Counted from the first letter of the whole stretch, positions 1 to 11,982 are shown. The stretch: DNA of 54,623 bases, filler included, from Diploschistes diacapsis (GCA_023645945.1; 5 parts of 5 records of this genome joined end to end with filler, not necessarily neighbours in it), one strand, 5' to 3'. Notes: a model not told the origin generated them from the letters alone. Numbers and translations: made by a program.

Positions 1-734
1 ATTAAAAACGCTCGCGCCGCGTAAAAAAACGCCGGTATCAAATTTTTCGATTTTTTTAAACCGATTTCTAAAACTCCCGACGTCGTCGACGACCCTTTTA
101 ACGCCCTTAAAACTCGTTATATCCTATTTGCGACGCCTCGAACCTTCCGAAAAATAAATTTTTTAAAAGACGTTATTTTAAATTTTCGATAGGAGCTAAA
201 AGTGCCCCGAAATTTCCTTAAAATAATTAAAGCGGTTAAAAAGGTTTTTACGGAGGTTACGCTTTTGGCGGTAGAGAATAAGAGGCTTAAGAAGATCTCG
301 ATATATCGTTAGAAACGTAAGCGTATTATTATAATTATAGAAGGTAAGTTTCTAACCTTTATAAAAGCTACTAACGCGCGCCAGGCCAAAGAAAAAGCAC
401 TCTACGAGATAGCTAGGTAGGAGAAGCAGAAGCAGATTAAGAAGGAGAGGCTGGTAATGCTTTAGGCTGCTAGAATCTATAAGAATAAGAAGATGGTCTT
501 AAAAGGGAGGCTGATTATCTTGGGAAGGCTTTTTGGCGTTAGCGTCGTCGACGTTAGCGATTAGACATGATTAAATGAATTTATAGGGTCAGATATAGTT
601 ATTATTCGATCTATAGGGTTTTAAATTAACTACTTTTAGAGATATTTCATTTTGAATATTTACTATTGTAGTTTTGTTATTATATCACGTGTTCGGTTAC
701 TAGGGTCTGTTCGGGTACTAGGGTCACGACTCTA
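1..734 (+). mobile_element. 3' portion of a RIP-degenerated pogo/Fot1-like (Tc1/mariner superfamily) DNA transposon with putative right TIR
   Basis: Frame +1 reads IKNARAA*KNAGIKFFDF...ATPRT...EVTLLAVENKRLKK...*KRKR...EGKFLT. This resembles fungal pogo transposase C-termini (W..AG..PFDP, TP.T, LL..EN..L, KRKR). In-frame TAA/TAG stops are present, and the segment is AT-rich with CpA/TpG depletion. Tandem 18-bp repeats TGTTCGG(T/G)TACTAGGGTC at 690-725 end ...CACGACTC followed by TA (733-734). Confidence 0.75.
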
Positions 735-826
735 GTGAGCCTTACGCCTTATATAAATTTCTCCGCTTTTCAATCATCACCACCATTATCGATTCTTATG
801 AATTTTTAGCGGCTTGAGCACAAGTA

Positions 827-1428
827 ATGCCACGGCGTCACTGTTGCGATACCACAGACCACATTTACTCGAACTTCCTTACATCGGCCGCAATTAGCTT
901 TGTGAGTGAGGTTGGCGCTCCTAGTTGTATAGCTGGAGGTTTGCAGGCTTCTTCAATAACGGAAATTACTTTAGTTACGCTGGGTATGCCACCTTCAATA
1001 ACAGAAATTGTTTGACTTACGGTGGGTATCCTATCTTCCCTATAGACAATGAGCAATCAAGTTGCTGCGTCAACCGGCAGCGTTCTGTGGACAAGCTCCA
1101 GCATTGCATCATCGATACCATCAAGCACAACTCTGCATACGACCTCAGATACTGCTTCACCGACAGGACCAAGCGCCGTGCAGTCTAGTGACCTCTCGAC
1201 AGGCGTCAAGATTAGGATAGGCATTGGCGTCCCATTGGAGTCTTAGCGCTCGTGATTGGGGGCTTGATATTAGGCCGCAGCTATGCGAGAAGAGAGCGTG
1301 AAGATGCTCGACCTAGCGAACTTGGCGATCGCCCAATCCGTGGCAAAGCCGAGCTTGATGGCCGAGGCAGGCCTCGAGAGCCGGATGGAATGGCGCGGTA
1401 TGAGCTCACGGTGAGAAATTATGCTTAG
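827..1428 (+). pseudogene. Decayed Ser/Thr-rich single-pass membrane protein gene (Mid2/Wsc-like architecture)
   Basis: ORFs 827-1015 and 1049-1246 share a frame and are separated by stops. An S/T-rich stalk leads to SSDLSTGVKIRIGIGVP. After a 1-nt frameshift near 1232 the reading continues IGVLALVIGGLILG (TM), RSYARRER and a tail with KAELDG/RYEL, ending TAG 1426-1428. The 5' end is undefined. Confidence 0.6.
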
Positions 1429-2269
1429 GAGCTTGTGCATGAAAAGCGAGGAGACTATTCAATGGCCATGGATCTGTCTAGGGCTTTAGTTGAGTACAAA
1501 ATAAATATCAATATGGTGGGAGAAATTCCGCCTATAGTAATGAAAGTACATGGGATATTGAAGCATTTATAAGAGCTATACTTTCCCATAGATTCATTAA
1601 AGAAACAGGGAGGAAGGCACGAGAAAAACATCCAAGGGAAAAACCAGAGAATCAATAAAAATGACCGTAAATAAGATTAGTTGTCAGAGTACATAATGAT
1701 AGGCGGTTATAAAAACAGAACGATCTGTCCTGGCACTACATCCAAGGATTGTCGATATGTCCTGGAGTGGTGGTATAAGATACAGCCACTACATGGTTAA
1801 ATTCCACGAAAGCGTTCTGCAACAAAAGCAGTCACTGTTTTGAAAACAGTTAGACCCATCCACTTTTAGTTGTTTCCAGGCTTCGCCGGCGTCAGAGCCT
1901 AAGCCCCATTTTCGAGTTAGCGGGTGCTGACTCTCCAAGTATTACAAATCAAAGGATCCTGTTGCCATTTGTAGGTATAACGGCATTGCTACTCCTGATA
2001 CCATTTGTGGATCGTCTATGTCTACCTTTACCGACGGCTCGGTCTGCAAACACCAAGCCTGTTGTGAGATCAAGTATTCGTAGCTTACTTAACCTTAGAA
2101 TCCTGTTACACATAGAGACTGATTCCTCTCCTTCCCCCTTTGATCTAAGCGCCTATCAAACAAAGCGAGCCTCCGAGCCTACCCGATGCGGATGCCGAGC
2201 CAACGCAGTCCCCTCCTCTATTGTCATCTACCTTATCTGCTTCTTGCACTCGCGGTGCCTGAACCCTAT

Positions 2270-2833
2270 TCACAGACTCATCCGATCTAGACTCGCTCTA
2301 TCACCGCTCCTCTCCCTTCTCACCATACTCAGTCTATAAAACCTCTCCTCTCCCTGCGCTGTACGCCCACCGATGAACCACTTCTCCCCACCTAGAGTGT
2401 CCCTGAAGCCCCCATCGCTGCTACTGTCGCTCTCCCTTCTCGCCCCGCTGCCATTACCAAACGCACCCGGGCCCGCCGGACTCCGAGACATGGGGTTATT
2501 CGATGGGTGCCTCGCATGATGGTGTGATGTGTGGTGCTGCGTATGATTCGGTGGGGAGAAAGCCGAGACGAGTGAGGAGGGTGTTTTATGCGGACTTGAG
2601 CCGGTTATGGCGCGGGGACCGGCCGGGCCTGGCGAAGGTGGTGAAGGGATAGATGTGGAGGCGGGTGTTGATGTTGATTGTGGTAGTGATGATGAGGCAT
2701 TCGCTGCTTGTGTACTTAGGGCTGCGGTTGCGGAGCCGGGACCTGGAGAGGTTGTCGGTGCGGATTTGAGGGCAGAGTGGGCGCGGAAGGCGGCGAGGAA
2801 GTTGTAGAAGAAGGGCCGCTGAGTTGTCGGCAT
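2270..2833 (-). CDS. Conserved fungal hypothetical protein (187 aa, low-complexity centre)
   Basis: Single ORF with ATG. Ordered N-terminus (RPFFYNFLAAFRAH) and C-terminus (RRESDSSSDGGFRD..EKWFIGGRT..GEERFYRL..DRMSL) of a type I recall from Pezizomycotina hypotheticals. Confidence 0.8.
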   Translation of the reverse strand: MPTTQRPFFYNFLAAFRAHSALKSAPTTSPGPGSATAALSTQAANASSSLPQSTSTPASTSIPSPPSPGPAGPRAITGSSPHKTPSSLVSAFSPPNHTQHHTSHHHARHPSNNPMSRSPAGPGAFGNGSGARRESDSSSDGGFRDTLGGEKWFIGGRTAQGEERFYRLSMVRRERSGDRASLDRMSL

Positions 2834-3532
2834 CGTGATGGCGTTGTATAGTTCGGAAGAGGGATAGGTTGTTGAAAGCTGAAGATCGTGCTTCTTCCAA
2901 TTTTGAAAGGCTTTTGTTATTGGATGCGTGCCCGGTAGAGCAGATAGTTCAACCCGCTGTGCTATAGGAAGAATAACTCCATCACCTTAGTTGTATGCTG
3001 TAGTCTCTGAGGCTTTCGGGGCGTGGCAAGCTAATGTGGAGTAAGAGCCTGTATTCGGGCTAATGGAAGAAACCTCTTTCTTCGTCAATGAGGTTATTGA
3101 AACCTGCTATTGAAGGCACGTAGGCTGCTTTGGTATCCTGTAAGAGGCACTTTTCGCTTTTCTAATATAGGATTATGTGGGGTAGATGAGGTGTAGTTGC
3201 GGCCAGCGCTTCCTTATGGCTCCACAAATGGGTTTATAGACTACGTAAAGAGAACGTAGTCAACCATCACGAGTTCACAGGAACTGCTTCTTTCCTTTAC
3301 TCCGGCAGATTCCGGTAAGAAGTCGCATGCCAAGAGTCGGCTTAGTAAGGAGCCTCAGCAAGTGTTTCATTGGCTGTAAATCTATAGATTTATGTGCCAA
3401 ATTCAGGAACATGCAATTGGTTGCAGCTCACATCTCAACGTCGACGTCAACTACCTGAGCTTTCCTTGCGAAGATACCCATAGTTTCTCTCTGCCTCTCT
3501 GTTCATAGCTGAGACTAGATATATCAGTCAAG

Positions 3533-4139
3533 ATGGTAAGCGATTGAGAAGCCCTACCACGCTCGCTAATCCCGCAATTGACACCTCGCCGGGTAGGTTC
3601 AAGGACACCACGGCATCGCTACCCCCAGTCCGCGACCGAGTTACGGTACCTACGTCTCGAAATATGGCCCTAGGTACATACAACCCTTTTAGACTTCTCA
3701 GGTCGGTCAACATTGATAGATGTAATAGCCAAAAGGTCCCACGCAACTTACATGGTATCGACATTACAAGGGCAACGAGATTGTAAGTGGACCTACTCCG
3801 CCGCGGTTTAGTGACGGGAGGATCAGACCCAATAAAGCATGAAGAAAGGGATTTGACTGATGAATGGTCTACTCACAGTGGCATTACGGCCGGCATGTTC
3901 GGGGTCAGTGCTGGGATCTTTGCGCTCTTCTTCTTCTCCGACGTTCCCAAGGTGCGGAAGGACATTCTACAGGTAGACTCAGATTCTTAGAGTTTCACGG
4001 CGCAGAAGCTCACAGAATGGATAGAAAGTCCCAATCATTGGCGATACCTTCAAGAAGGAAGTGCCTCCTTCGGACAACGTGAGTGGATTCCCTTTTTGTG
4101 TGACCCGAAATCACTAACAGGAGTATCTAGCCCTTCTAG
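3533..4139 (+). CDS. QCR10: Ubiquinol-cytochrome c reductase subunit 10 (six exons)
   Basis: Spliced product M|VQGHHG...YVSKYGP|..KVPRNLHGIDITRATR|FGITAGMFGVSAGIFALFFFSDVPKVRKDILQ|KVPIIGDTFKKEVPPSDN|PF*. Introns are GT-AG, and the C-terminal P.DNPF is typical of fungal Qcr10. Confidence 0.9.
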
Positions 4140-4402
4140 AAGCCTTAAAATATTGGGGAGTTGTTGAAAGAGAATGTCATATATGCGTTTTAAAGCGAGC
4201 ACCAGATAAGTTGTAAATACAAGGAAATCTAAAGATTAAGTCCGCGTCTAGATTCATTGAGGATACAACGCGAGATCTTCGCTCTTCGCTCTACTGCTAA
4301 TAAAATCCGCCTCATATGATACATCCTATGCACCCAGACCCTATGTGACGCCAAGCCAGATATACAAGGGACGAAGTGCCCCTATCCGTCATTGACATCG
4401 GC

Positions 4403-6734
4403 CTAATCTGTCTTGCCAAGGCCGCCGTTACCAAACACGCCTTTCTCGGCATCCAAATTAAAGAATCCGCCAGATCCCTTCCTGGACCTCCGCATGCGCC
4501 GTCGTCCCCAGTACAGGGCAATGATTATACCCATGAAGAAAACAACTGAAGAAGAATAGGGATGGCTACGAGTCGCGCCTTTGGCTCGGAAGAAGATTTG
4601 CTCCACCTTATTTGTAGTATATTTGGGTGTGATCTTCGTCGGATCCTGCGTGAGCTTGGTTAGTGTCTCGAGAATTGACGTTCGAGAGGGTACGATAGGG
4701 GCGCCGGATATCGTGGTGTCCCAGTAGCGTTTGTTCTAGCAAAGTCAGCATACACTCGAAATCACGCAGCCAGGAGACCTTACATCTTCATCATTAATGA
4801 TTACCCTTTCACGGTCGTTTTTGATATCAATTCCGTATGTTGTACGTAGCCAACGCTCCCAGAAGATACCATCTACCCATGCGAATCCAATCTGCTGCCG
4901 ATCAGACTCGGATATGGTGATGCGCATCTGCTTGGCGTTGCGCAGTGCTCTTTGATCGTCTCGGTCTTCTGCCTCCTCAATCCGCAACTGTTTCGAGTCC
5001 CTCATCTCTTCCCGTTCCAAACGGAAGAGTTGAAGTTCCTTATCCATCCACTCCAGGGCTGCATTCTTAAGCTCGCGCTTGTCGAGCAGGAATTCGTCTG
5101 CATTCTCTCGGTTCAAGATCCCGAGAACGACGTATCGTCCCTGGGTGATTTCCTGCGCATTCTGAACGGTGAGCTCGGGCACGATAGGCAGCCAAACGGA
5201 CTGCATCCAGTTCAGGACCTGTCGGTAGTCTCGCAGATCCTTTGGTGCCAAAGCATTGTAGTAGGATGGACGATCATCGCGCACGACTAGGAGCCGTGGC
5301 CACGTGTGAATTTTGAAGCGTTCCGCGAGAATTGCACTATCCGTCTTAACCAGCTTAGCGTGACCTATCAAGGACAAGGTCAAGCGCTCCAGGGCTGCAA
5401 AGTCTTCCTCGGTAGTTGCGCGGTCATAGAAGTATAGGAAAATAACTTCTTCAGCCTCTTCCATCTTCTTGAAGGTTACGGCGTCGACATAAGGAACACC
5501 AGAGCCAATATCCATAGCCTTCTTAGCATAAGTAACAAGATCACCAAGACCTCGAAGTCCCCCGTACTCCACCCTCTCCCCGCCCCTAAAGAAATGGATA
5601 GTCGGATACGCTCTGACATGAACTTCCTTGCACAACCTCTTCTCGACTTCACAGTTGACCTCGCCGATGTTCAGCAGCCCTTCCATCTCACGAGCCATTT
5701 GCGCCCAATTCGGAGCCATTGCTTGACAGTGGTGACACCATGGGGCATAAAACTTGATGAACCAGGGCTCGTGAGTCTGTGTGACCAGCTTCTGGAAGCT
5801 CTCTTGAGTAAGTGAAACTGATTTTCCATGAGGGTTGTGTGTTGCGGTAGGTTTGACTTCCTTCAATATTCTTGTGGCCTCAACCGTTGATCTCGTTGAC
5901 GTAGCTTGACTGGTTTTCGTTTTGCCCTCCATGTTCGTTATATCGGCTGGGGTCTCATCTGCGAGAATTTGGCTCTTTGAAGCCGAGCCGACTTCAGTGT
6001 CTTCCGAGGAGGCAGCTCCTGGCTTGGGTAATATCATTTTGACGGGTCTTGAGCCCGGTTTGATCGAATCCAAAGTCGCTTCGATGAACTTGCCCAAGGT
6101 CTCCATGGTCTTCACTCCCAAAAACCTCTTTATCTCCTGCCCGTTCTTGTACAATATGAACGAAGGATACGCGTCAACATCATGGTCATGGCAAGCTGTA
6201 CCCCACTGAACGCAGTTTAGTGAACCAAAGTGAAAGTTGTAGTAGCCGTGAAAAGAATTCAAGGAGACTGCATGGTCGGCAGTGCTCAGCGTAGACACGG
6301 GTTTGGAGGTCTAAGCAAATTAGGTATGCATTAGTGGTCGAAGTTGCTCACACTCACATAATAGAACTCGTAGAGGGTCTGCCACATCGGTTGTATGGCG
6401 GCGCAGTGCGGACAGTAGGGCGAATAGTGCTTTACGAACCTGAAGGGCATCGTTAGGAAGGATCTCGAACCAACCCGTGCCAATATTAGTCTTACCAGTA
6501 GCCCTCTTTTGCTTCCTCTTCGAAATTGTCCCCATTCAGTTCTTTCATCGGCGGCACGCTCATGCCATTGAAAGTTGTGGACCCATCCAAAGCCGGCTCG
6601 TCCGCCACCGCTAGTTTGTGACCCAAGACATCCTCCTCGACATTCGCAAGTTCGGCTTCCCTTGGTGGCGGTGCAGCGATAGAAAAGGCCAGTGTGAAAA
6701 GAAGAAGAAGAGTTGGAGATATCAATAGCCGCAT
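4403..6734 (-). CDS. EPS1: ER membrane thioredoxin-domain protein disulfide isomerase (Eps1-like), multi-exon
   Basis: Signal peptide MRLLISPTLLLLFTLAFSIA. Two CxxC sites: YSPYCPHC (exon ~6360-6440) and FYAPWCHHC. C-terminal TM (VVFFMGIIIALYW) followed by RRRMRR and a GKTD end. Confidence 0.85.
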
Positions 6735-7366
6735 CTTAGAAAAGCCGTTGTCTTGAAACAAAAGGATAGAACTGAATCGGTTGATCTGCGCAAAGTAGCG
6801 TGCGCGAAGGATATATGTCAGTGATTACGGAGGGCTTTAGTAACCCCCTTTCAAAGGAAAATAGAAGCACTCAGAAGTTCATCGCATAATGAAACGAACC
6901 GAGCGGCAATAGCTGGAAGCCTCCCTTCTTCGTCATAGAACAGTCCGAGTGGAAGTCCAGGATGCGATCTGAACAGAAGCACTGCATGTTCTCGAACAAA
7001 AAGGCTGAGTCCCGCGCCGCCCAAAGGCTAGCTAGCCTGCCTCAAGAACATCCATATATGGCGCGGCAAGGATAACGGGCCGAACTTCGGGTATTTCGGG
7101 TGCCCATCTTCAGCCGAGTTAAGCACGTCTTGGAAGTATCTATACATACCAGCTTGATTCGAAGAACTTCAAACTACGATGCGCATAGCGAGACAAATCT
7201 GGGTATTTCAATGGCCGATTGATGACATGCCATGAGACTTTCGCGCTCTTTGAAAGACGTGCCCCAAGTATTCACCCCATCGTTCAATTCTAGCTATAGG
7301 AGTGCTTGCCGTTTTACCTACCGGATCTCCATTCTTGTGCTTCAAAGGACACTTCGAAAGTCCACG

Positions 7367-9007
7367 ATGGAGCAGGAAAGGGCTAGGAAAAGAAGAAGAC
7401 TTAGCAACTCCAATTATGCTGTCGCTGCCAACGGAACCTCGTACCAAGCAGTCAACCCCTCCTTACTTGAGACAAAGGTCATAGACCGTCCAACTTTTGG
7501 ACGTGAGCCGGGAACTGAGAACACAAAGAGGATCAGGGCCATCCCATCTCCCGTCCAGCTTTCCTCTGTCGATGCTATCCCCGCCGACTGCAATATTGAT
7601 ACAGTAAGTTTAAAGGATATTGTTGGGCATCCCTTAATCAAGGAATGCTGGGCTTTAAACTATCTCATTGATGTGGACTTCCTGCTGTAAGGCTGTTCTG
7701 AACCCTGCCACTATATTACTGAACAGAGCAGGAGCCACTTTGACCCCGATGTACGGGAGCAGATTGATCTCAATATTGTTCATGGATCATGGAAAAAGGA
7801 TGACAGCAATAGAGCTTACATCGAAGATGCTGTGACCAGACATGAAAACGTGAAGGCAATTACAGCCTACATGCCTGAAGCATTCGGGACTCACCATAGC
7901 AAGATGATCATCACTATCCGCCATGATGATATAGCACAGGTGTTCATTTTCACGGCTAACCTCATAGAGCAAGATTGGAACATGTGCCAAGCTGTGTGGA
8001 GCTCACCGCTACTTCCTCTACTGCTAGAAAAGGACAATCCTAGAGTCACCGACAGACTGGGTAGCGGATTACGATTCAAGTTTGACTTGCTATCGTACCT
8101 GCGAGCTTATAAGAATAGGCTACAAAAGCTGATATCTGCTCTGGAGCAGTTTGACTTTGGGGGCATCAGGGCTGCTTTGGTTGCAAGCACGCCATGTCGC
8201 CAGAGGTTAGATGCCAGCAGCCACGCGAGCACTTCATGGGGATGGCCTGGGCTTGAAAAAGTATTAGACCAAATCCCTTGTCAGGGTCCCAAGCCGCACA
8301 CTGTGGTGCAGATCTCATCGGTGGCGACTTTGGGCGTACAAGATACTTATCTCCGCAAAACCATTTTTGCAACATTAGCACGTTCTCTGAACCAGCGGAA
8401 TACGAAGCCCAAATTTAGTATCGTATTTCCCACCGCAGACGAGATCCGGCGCTCGGTGACAGGATATGCCTGTGGGGGTTCCATACACATGAAAATTCAA
8501 ACGCCGCAACAAGCGAAGCAACTTGAATACATGCGTCCATTTCTGTGTCATTGGGCCCCAGATCTCCGTGAGCATGACAACGTGAGACGCTCCGGGAGAA
8601 GACGGGCTGGTCCTCACATCAAAACCTACATCCGATTCTCCGACGAGGAGATGACAAAGATTGATTGGGCCATGGTAACTTCAGCTAATCTTTCTAAACA
8701 GGCTTGGGGAGCAGAGACTGGGAAAGACGGAGCTGTGAGGATATGCAGTTACGAGATCGGGGTGATTGTATGGCCGGATCTCTGGAAGGAGAATCAGAAC
8801 GAGAACATTGAGATGGTTCCTACCTTTAAGAGGGATGAACCAGGTATACCGAAGGATGGCAGCGATATGCCGGAAAAACTTAGCGTTACCGTCGGTTTTC
8901 GAATGCCTTACGATCTGCCGTTAGTGCCATACACAGCTACCGAGGAGCCGTGGTGCGCTACTAAATCTTACATCGAGCCTGATTGGATGGGCAGGTCCTG
9001 GGGATAG
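7367..9007 (+). CDS. TDP1: Tyrosyl-DNA phosphodiesterase 1
   Basis: Two HKN-type motifs (GTHHSKM...TANL and PHIKTY...TSANLSKQAWG), plus SYEIGV and FRMPYDLP. One intron at ~7687-7732. N-terminal basic RKRRR. Confidence 0.93.
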
Positions 9008-9261
9008 ATACGCGTCGCTTCGAGATCACGACTGGATCCGTCTAACCAACAAGCAGCTCAGAGAAAGTACTCGAAGCTTGTTCTTCAAGCATTGATTCTT
9101 CTTTGATTAGCTTAGCTGCGGTAGCTAAGCTATTCATTGTTCTTCTCAGTAGTATGACTTCGAATCCCCTGTGGCTGGGCGCGCCAACACCTCTGACAGC
9201 TCAAGCAATGTACGTCTCAACAAGACTCGTCCCATAATCATGCCGCTCACGCCGACACTCC

Positions 9262-9737
9262 TCAATACTGGGTGCCGGTCTGCTTGGCCAAGTCATCGAA
9301 TTTCTTCAAATCGGCAGCACTGATCGCCTCTCCATTGGCTGATTTTGTGGCCTTGGCGTCAAATCCATACTTTTGCTTGCACGACTTCACAAGTTCAATG
9401 TATTTCTGCTGAGCCTGCTGAGGTGTTACGCCATTTTTGACTTCCTTCTCCCACGCCTGATACTTGTACTTGGCCTTTTTGAGATTAGCATCGACTATAT
9501 CCGAACAAGAACATAACTTTGTCACCTTGAAGTTGAAAGAACTCGGCTTCTCGGCTTTGGAGAAATCTTCACCGTGAGCAATCTTGTAGTAGGCATAGAA
9601 CTAACAGCATTAGCAGCGAGTAATGGAGCTCTTAGTCCGTCAAGGTATTGACTTACTTGGAGCAAGTCATCGTTGGAGATGGCTCCGGTGATCTTCTTGA
9701 CCTCTAGGGTCGCTAGCTCAAATTGAGGGGAAACCAT
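9262..9737 (-). CDS. ACB1: Acyl-CoA-binding protein (3 exons)
   Basis: MVSPQFELATLEVKKITGAISNDDLLQ|FYAYYKIAHGEDFSKAEKPSSFNFK|AKYKYQAWEK...AQQKYIELV matches the ACBP helix pattern (YxxYK, KxxAW). Confidence 0.88.
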
Positions 9738-10086
9738 GGTGCTTTCGAACTTTGTTGGAGAGTGTCTTTATTCTTCCTCTTCGATATGAGTGTGTATTTG
9801 AATTGATGGAGAGGTCACAAAGATGTCTATCAATACCGTGTTCAAGCAGGACAAGCAGCCCCTCCGCGTACCTGCCTGCCATGACGTACCGCTACAGCTG
9901 TCCTTCCAAGCAGTAGCCGCTCTAGCGCTTTACCTTACCCGCGGGTTGTCAAGTGTCAACAATTCAATGCCTCCCTTGCCTTGTGGGGACTGTTCGTGGC
10001 GGAGGGAAAGTTTTTCTAAAGCTTCATTGTGCTCTCACGTTTCTTCTTTTTGCTATATGGGTTTGTTAATGTTATAACCCCTACAA

Positions 10087-10854
10087 ATGTCGTCTATGCA
10101 CCTGTCTGCCATGCGCAAATGGCTTCTACAATCTCCGCCAGTCGAATGGCTCGATTTGCGGTTACGGGACCTCATCATTGGAGCTCTCCGGCAGGGCCCA
10201 ATACCTCAGCATATAAGCATGGTCATGGACGGCAACAGAAGGTTCGCACGAAGTCACCAGATCGAGGTTGTAGAGGGTCATAATCGAGGATTCGAAGCCC
10301 TGGCTCAGGTCGGTGATTGCTCTACCGTGTCCACTCTGAGCTGCTCCAGGCAGCCGTACCTAATAAGCATGGTGCCATTGAATGAGTGAACATCGACTGA
10401 CCGAGTGAAACATAGATGCTAGAAGTATGTTACAGATGTGGCGTCAAAATCATGACCGTCTACGCTTTCAGCATCGAAAACTTCAAACGCTCGCGCTACG
10501 AAGTCGATTCCCTCATGTCGCTCATGAAGCTCAAGCTAACCCAGCTATGCGAGCACGGTGACCTCTTCAAGAGCTACGGTGCAGCAGTCCGAGTGCTCGG
10601 CCCGCGCGATCTCCTCTCGCCCGACCTCCGCGAGGCAATACACAGAGCAGAGGCGCTCACAAAGGACAACGGCGACGCGATACTAAACCTCTGTTTCCCA
10701 TACACATCGCGAGACGAAATGACAACGGCAATAAGGAGGACAGTAGAGCAGTACTCCAACCCCGTCCCAGAACGAGAAAGAGGATGGGCATTCTCGCGGT
10801 CCGAAATCTCGCACAAGCTCCGCGCCCGCAGCCACTCCACATCCCCCCCAAAGC
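10087..10854 (+). CDS. RER2: Cis-prenyltransferase (dehydrodolichyl diphosphate synthase, Rer2/Srt1 family), 3' truncated at contig end
   Basis: PQHISMVMDGNRRFAR, GH..GF, TVYAFSIENFKRS and LNLCFPYTSRDE motifs. Intron at ~10309-10415. Confidence 0.9.
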
Positions 10855-10954
10855 NNNNNNNNNNNNNNNNNNNNNNNNNNNNNNNNNNNNNNNNNNNNTT
10901 AATTAATTAANNNNNNNNNNNNNNNNNNNNNNNNNNNNNNNNNNNNNNNNNNNN
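10855..10954. other. Artificial contig linker N44-TTAATTAATTAA-N44
   Basis: Identical 100-bp spacer with stops in all six frames, present four times. Confidence 0.98.
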
Positions 10955-11253
10955 GGGAATCTGTTGGGAGGGGCTTATGCCATGGAAATGCTCATGCGGG
11001 CTTGAACGATGTGGTCGAGAATTTTGTTCGTAGTTGGGCAGGGTAATAGCTCCCACGGTGAGTGCAAGAGGAGCTGTGTGGTGGATGCGGGCAAGACGTG
11101 CCCGCTTGCATTGGTTTGATAACATTGGGGTTGTATCTATCTCCCACTCTCCGGTCATGACGCTGCTCAGCCCCAATGGGTTGTACGCATAACAAACCAG
11201 AGTCCAGACCTGCAACACCGGGGTATGCCATTACTCGTCTTCGCAGCTAGCCC

Positions 11254-11982
11254 TCATAGCACAGGAAATCCATCCTCTCCCTCACTTCCTCTTCTGAGGA
11301 CCCGCTCCCACATACTCCTTTTCCTCTCCCCAGCCACCAATCCCTGCCCCTGCTCCTGCTGTTCCCGATGACCCTGCTGCCCATATGCTCGGCCCTGTAA
11401 CCCCGGCGAAGGTGGCACCGGGCTTACCATTCCCCCATCCTTCTCCGCATCTCTATCTCGTAGGGTATATGTCGGCGACGTCGGCGTCGGCGGCCTCTGC
11501 GCGTGGGGCGTTGGCGATGGCGGAGCAAGGAAGTGGCTCGACATCGAGGTGCTACTACCGGGTCTCCCCCCGTCTTTCGCTCCCAGCTCGGCGGCACTAG
11601 AGAACAGGGTATGCGGCACTATAGCGGAGCCAGTTGTTGGGCTGAGGACGTCAAGATCCTCTTCTCTGAAATTTGATTTTCCGCGTGGTCGTCTAGGGTG
11701 GAGACGAGGGCTTGTGCGCGGGCTAGAAGAGGGATTTGAGGTGGGTGTTCGTGGGCTCTGGGGAGTTGTTGGGCGGGAGAAATTGCGCGCTGGGTGGTGA
11801 GATGAATATGTTGGAGAGGAGGGGGAGATGGGACGGAGATAAGGAGATGGGCGCAGGGAGAGAGAATGGTCGGAAGGGTGGTGCTGGTGTTGCTGGTCAT
11901 GAGACTGCGAGTCTGGACTTGAGTAGTTGCTCGCAGTTAGGTGAACGGGGTTGAATGGCGCGGAGATTTTGGGCCGGGACAT
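11254..11982 (-). CDS. Hypothetical Pro/Ser-rich protein with N-terminal CRIB-like motif
   Basis: 242-aa ORF from ATG. Begins MSRPKISAPFNPVHLT; the remainder is SP/TP-rich low complexity. Confidence 0.65.
   Translation of the reverse strand: MSRPKISAPFNPVHLTASNYSSPDSQSHDQQHQHHPSDHSLSLRPSPYLRPISPSSPTYSSHHPARNFSRPTTPQSPRTPTSNPSSSPRTSPRLHPRRPRGKSNFREEDLDVLSPTTGSAIVPHTLFSSAAELGAKDGGRPGSSTSMSSHFLAPPSPTPHAQRPPTPTSPTYTLRDRDAEKDGGMVSPVPPSPGLQGRAYGQQGHREQQEQGQGLVAGERKRSMWERVLRRGSEGEDGFPVL

Noticed and set aside
925..1188. N/G/Y-rich two-repeat amyloid-like peptide (FNNGNYFSYAGY/FNNRNCLTYGGY)
   Set aside because: The start is non-ATG, and the overlapping frame explains the region better as an S/T-rich membrane-protein pseudogene.
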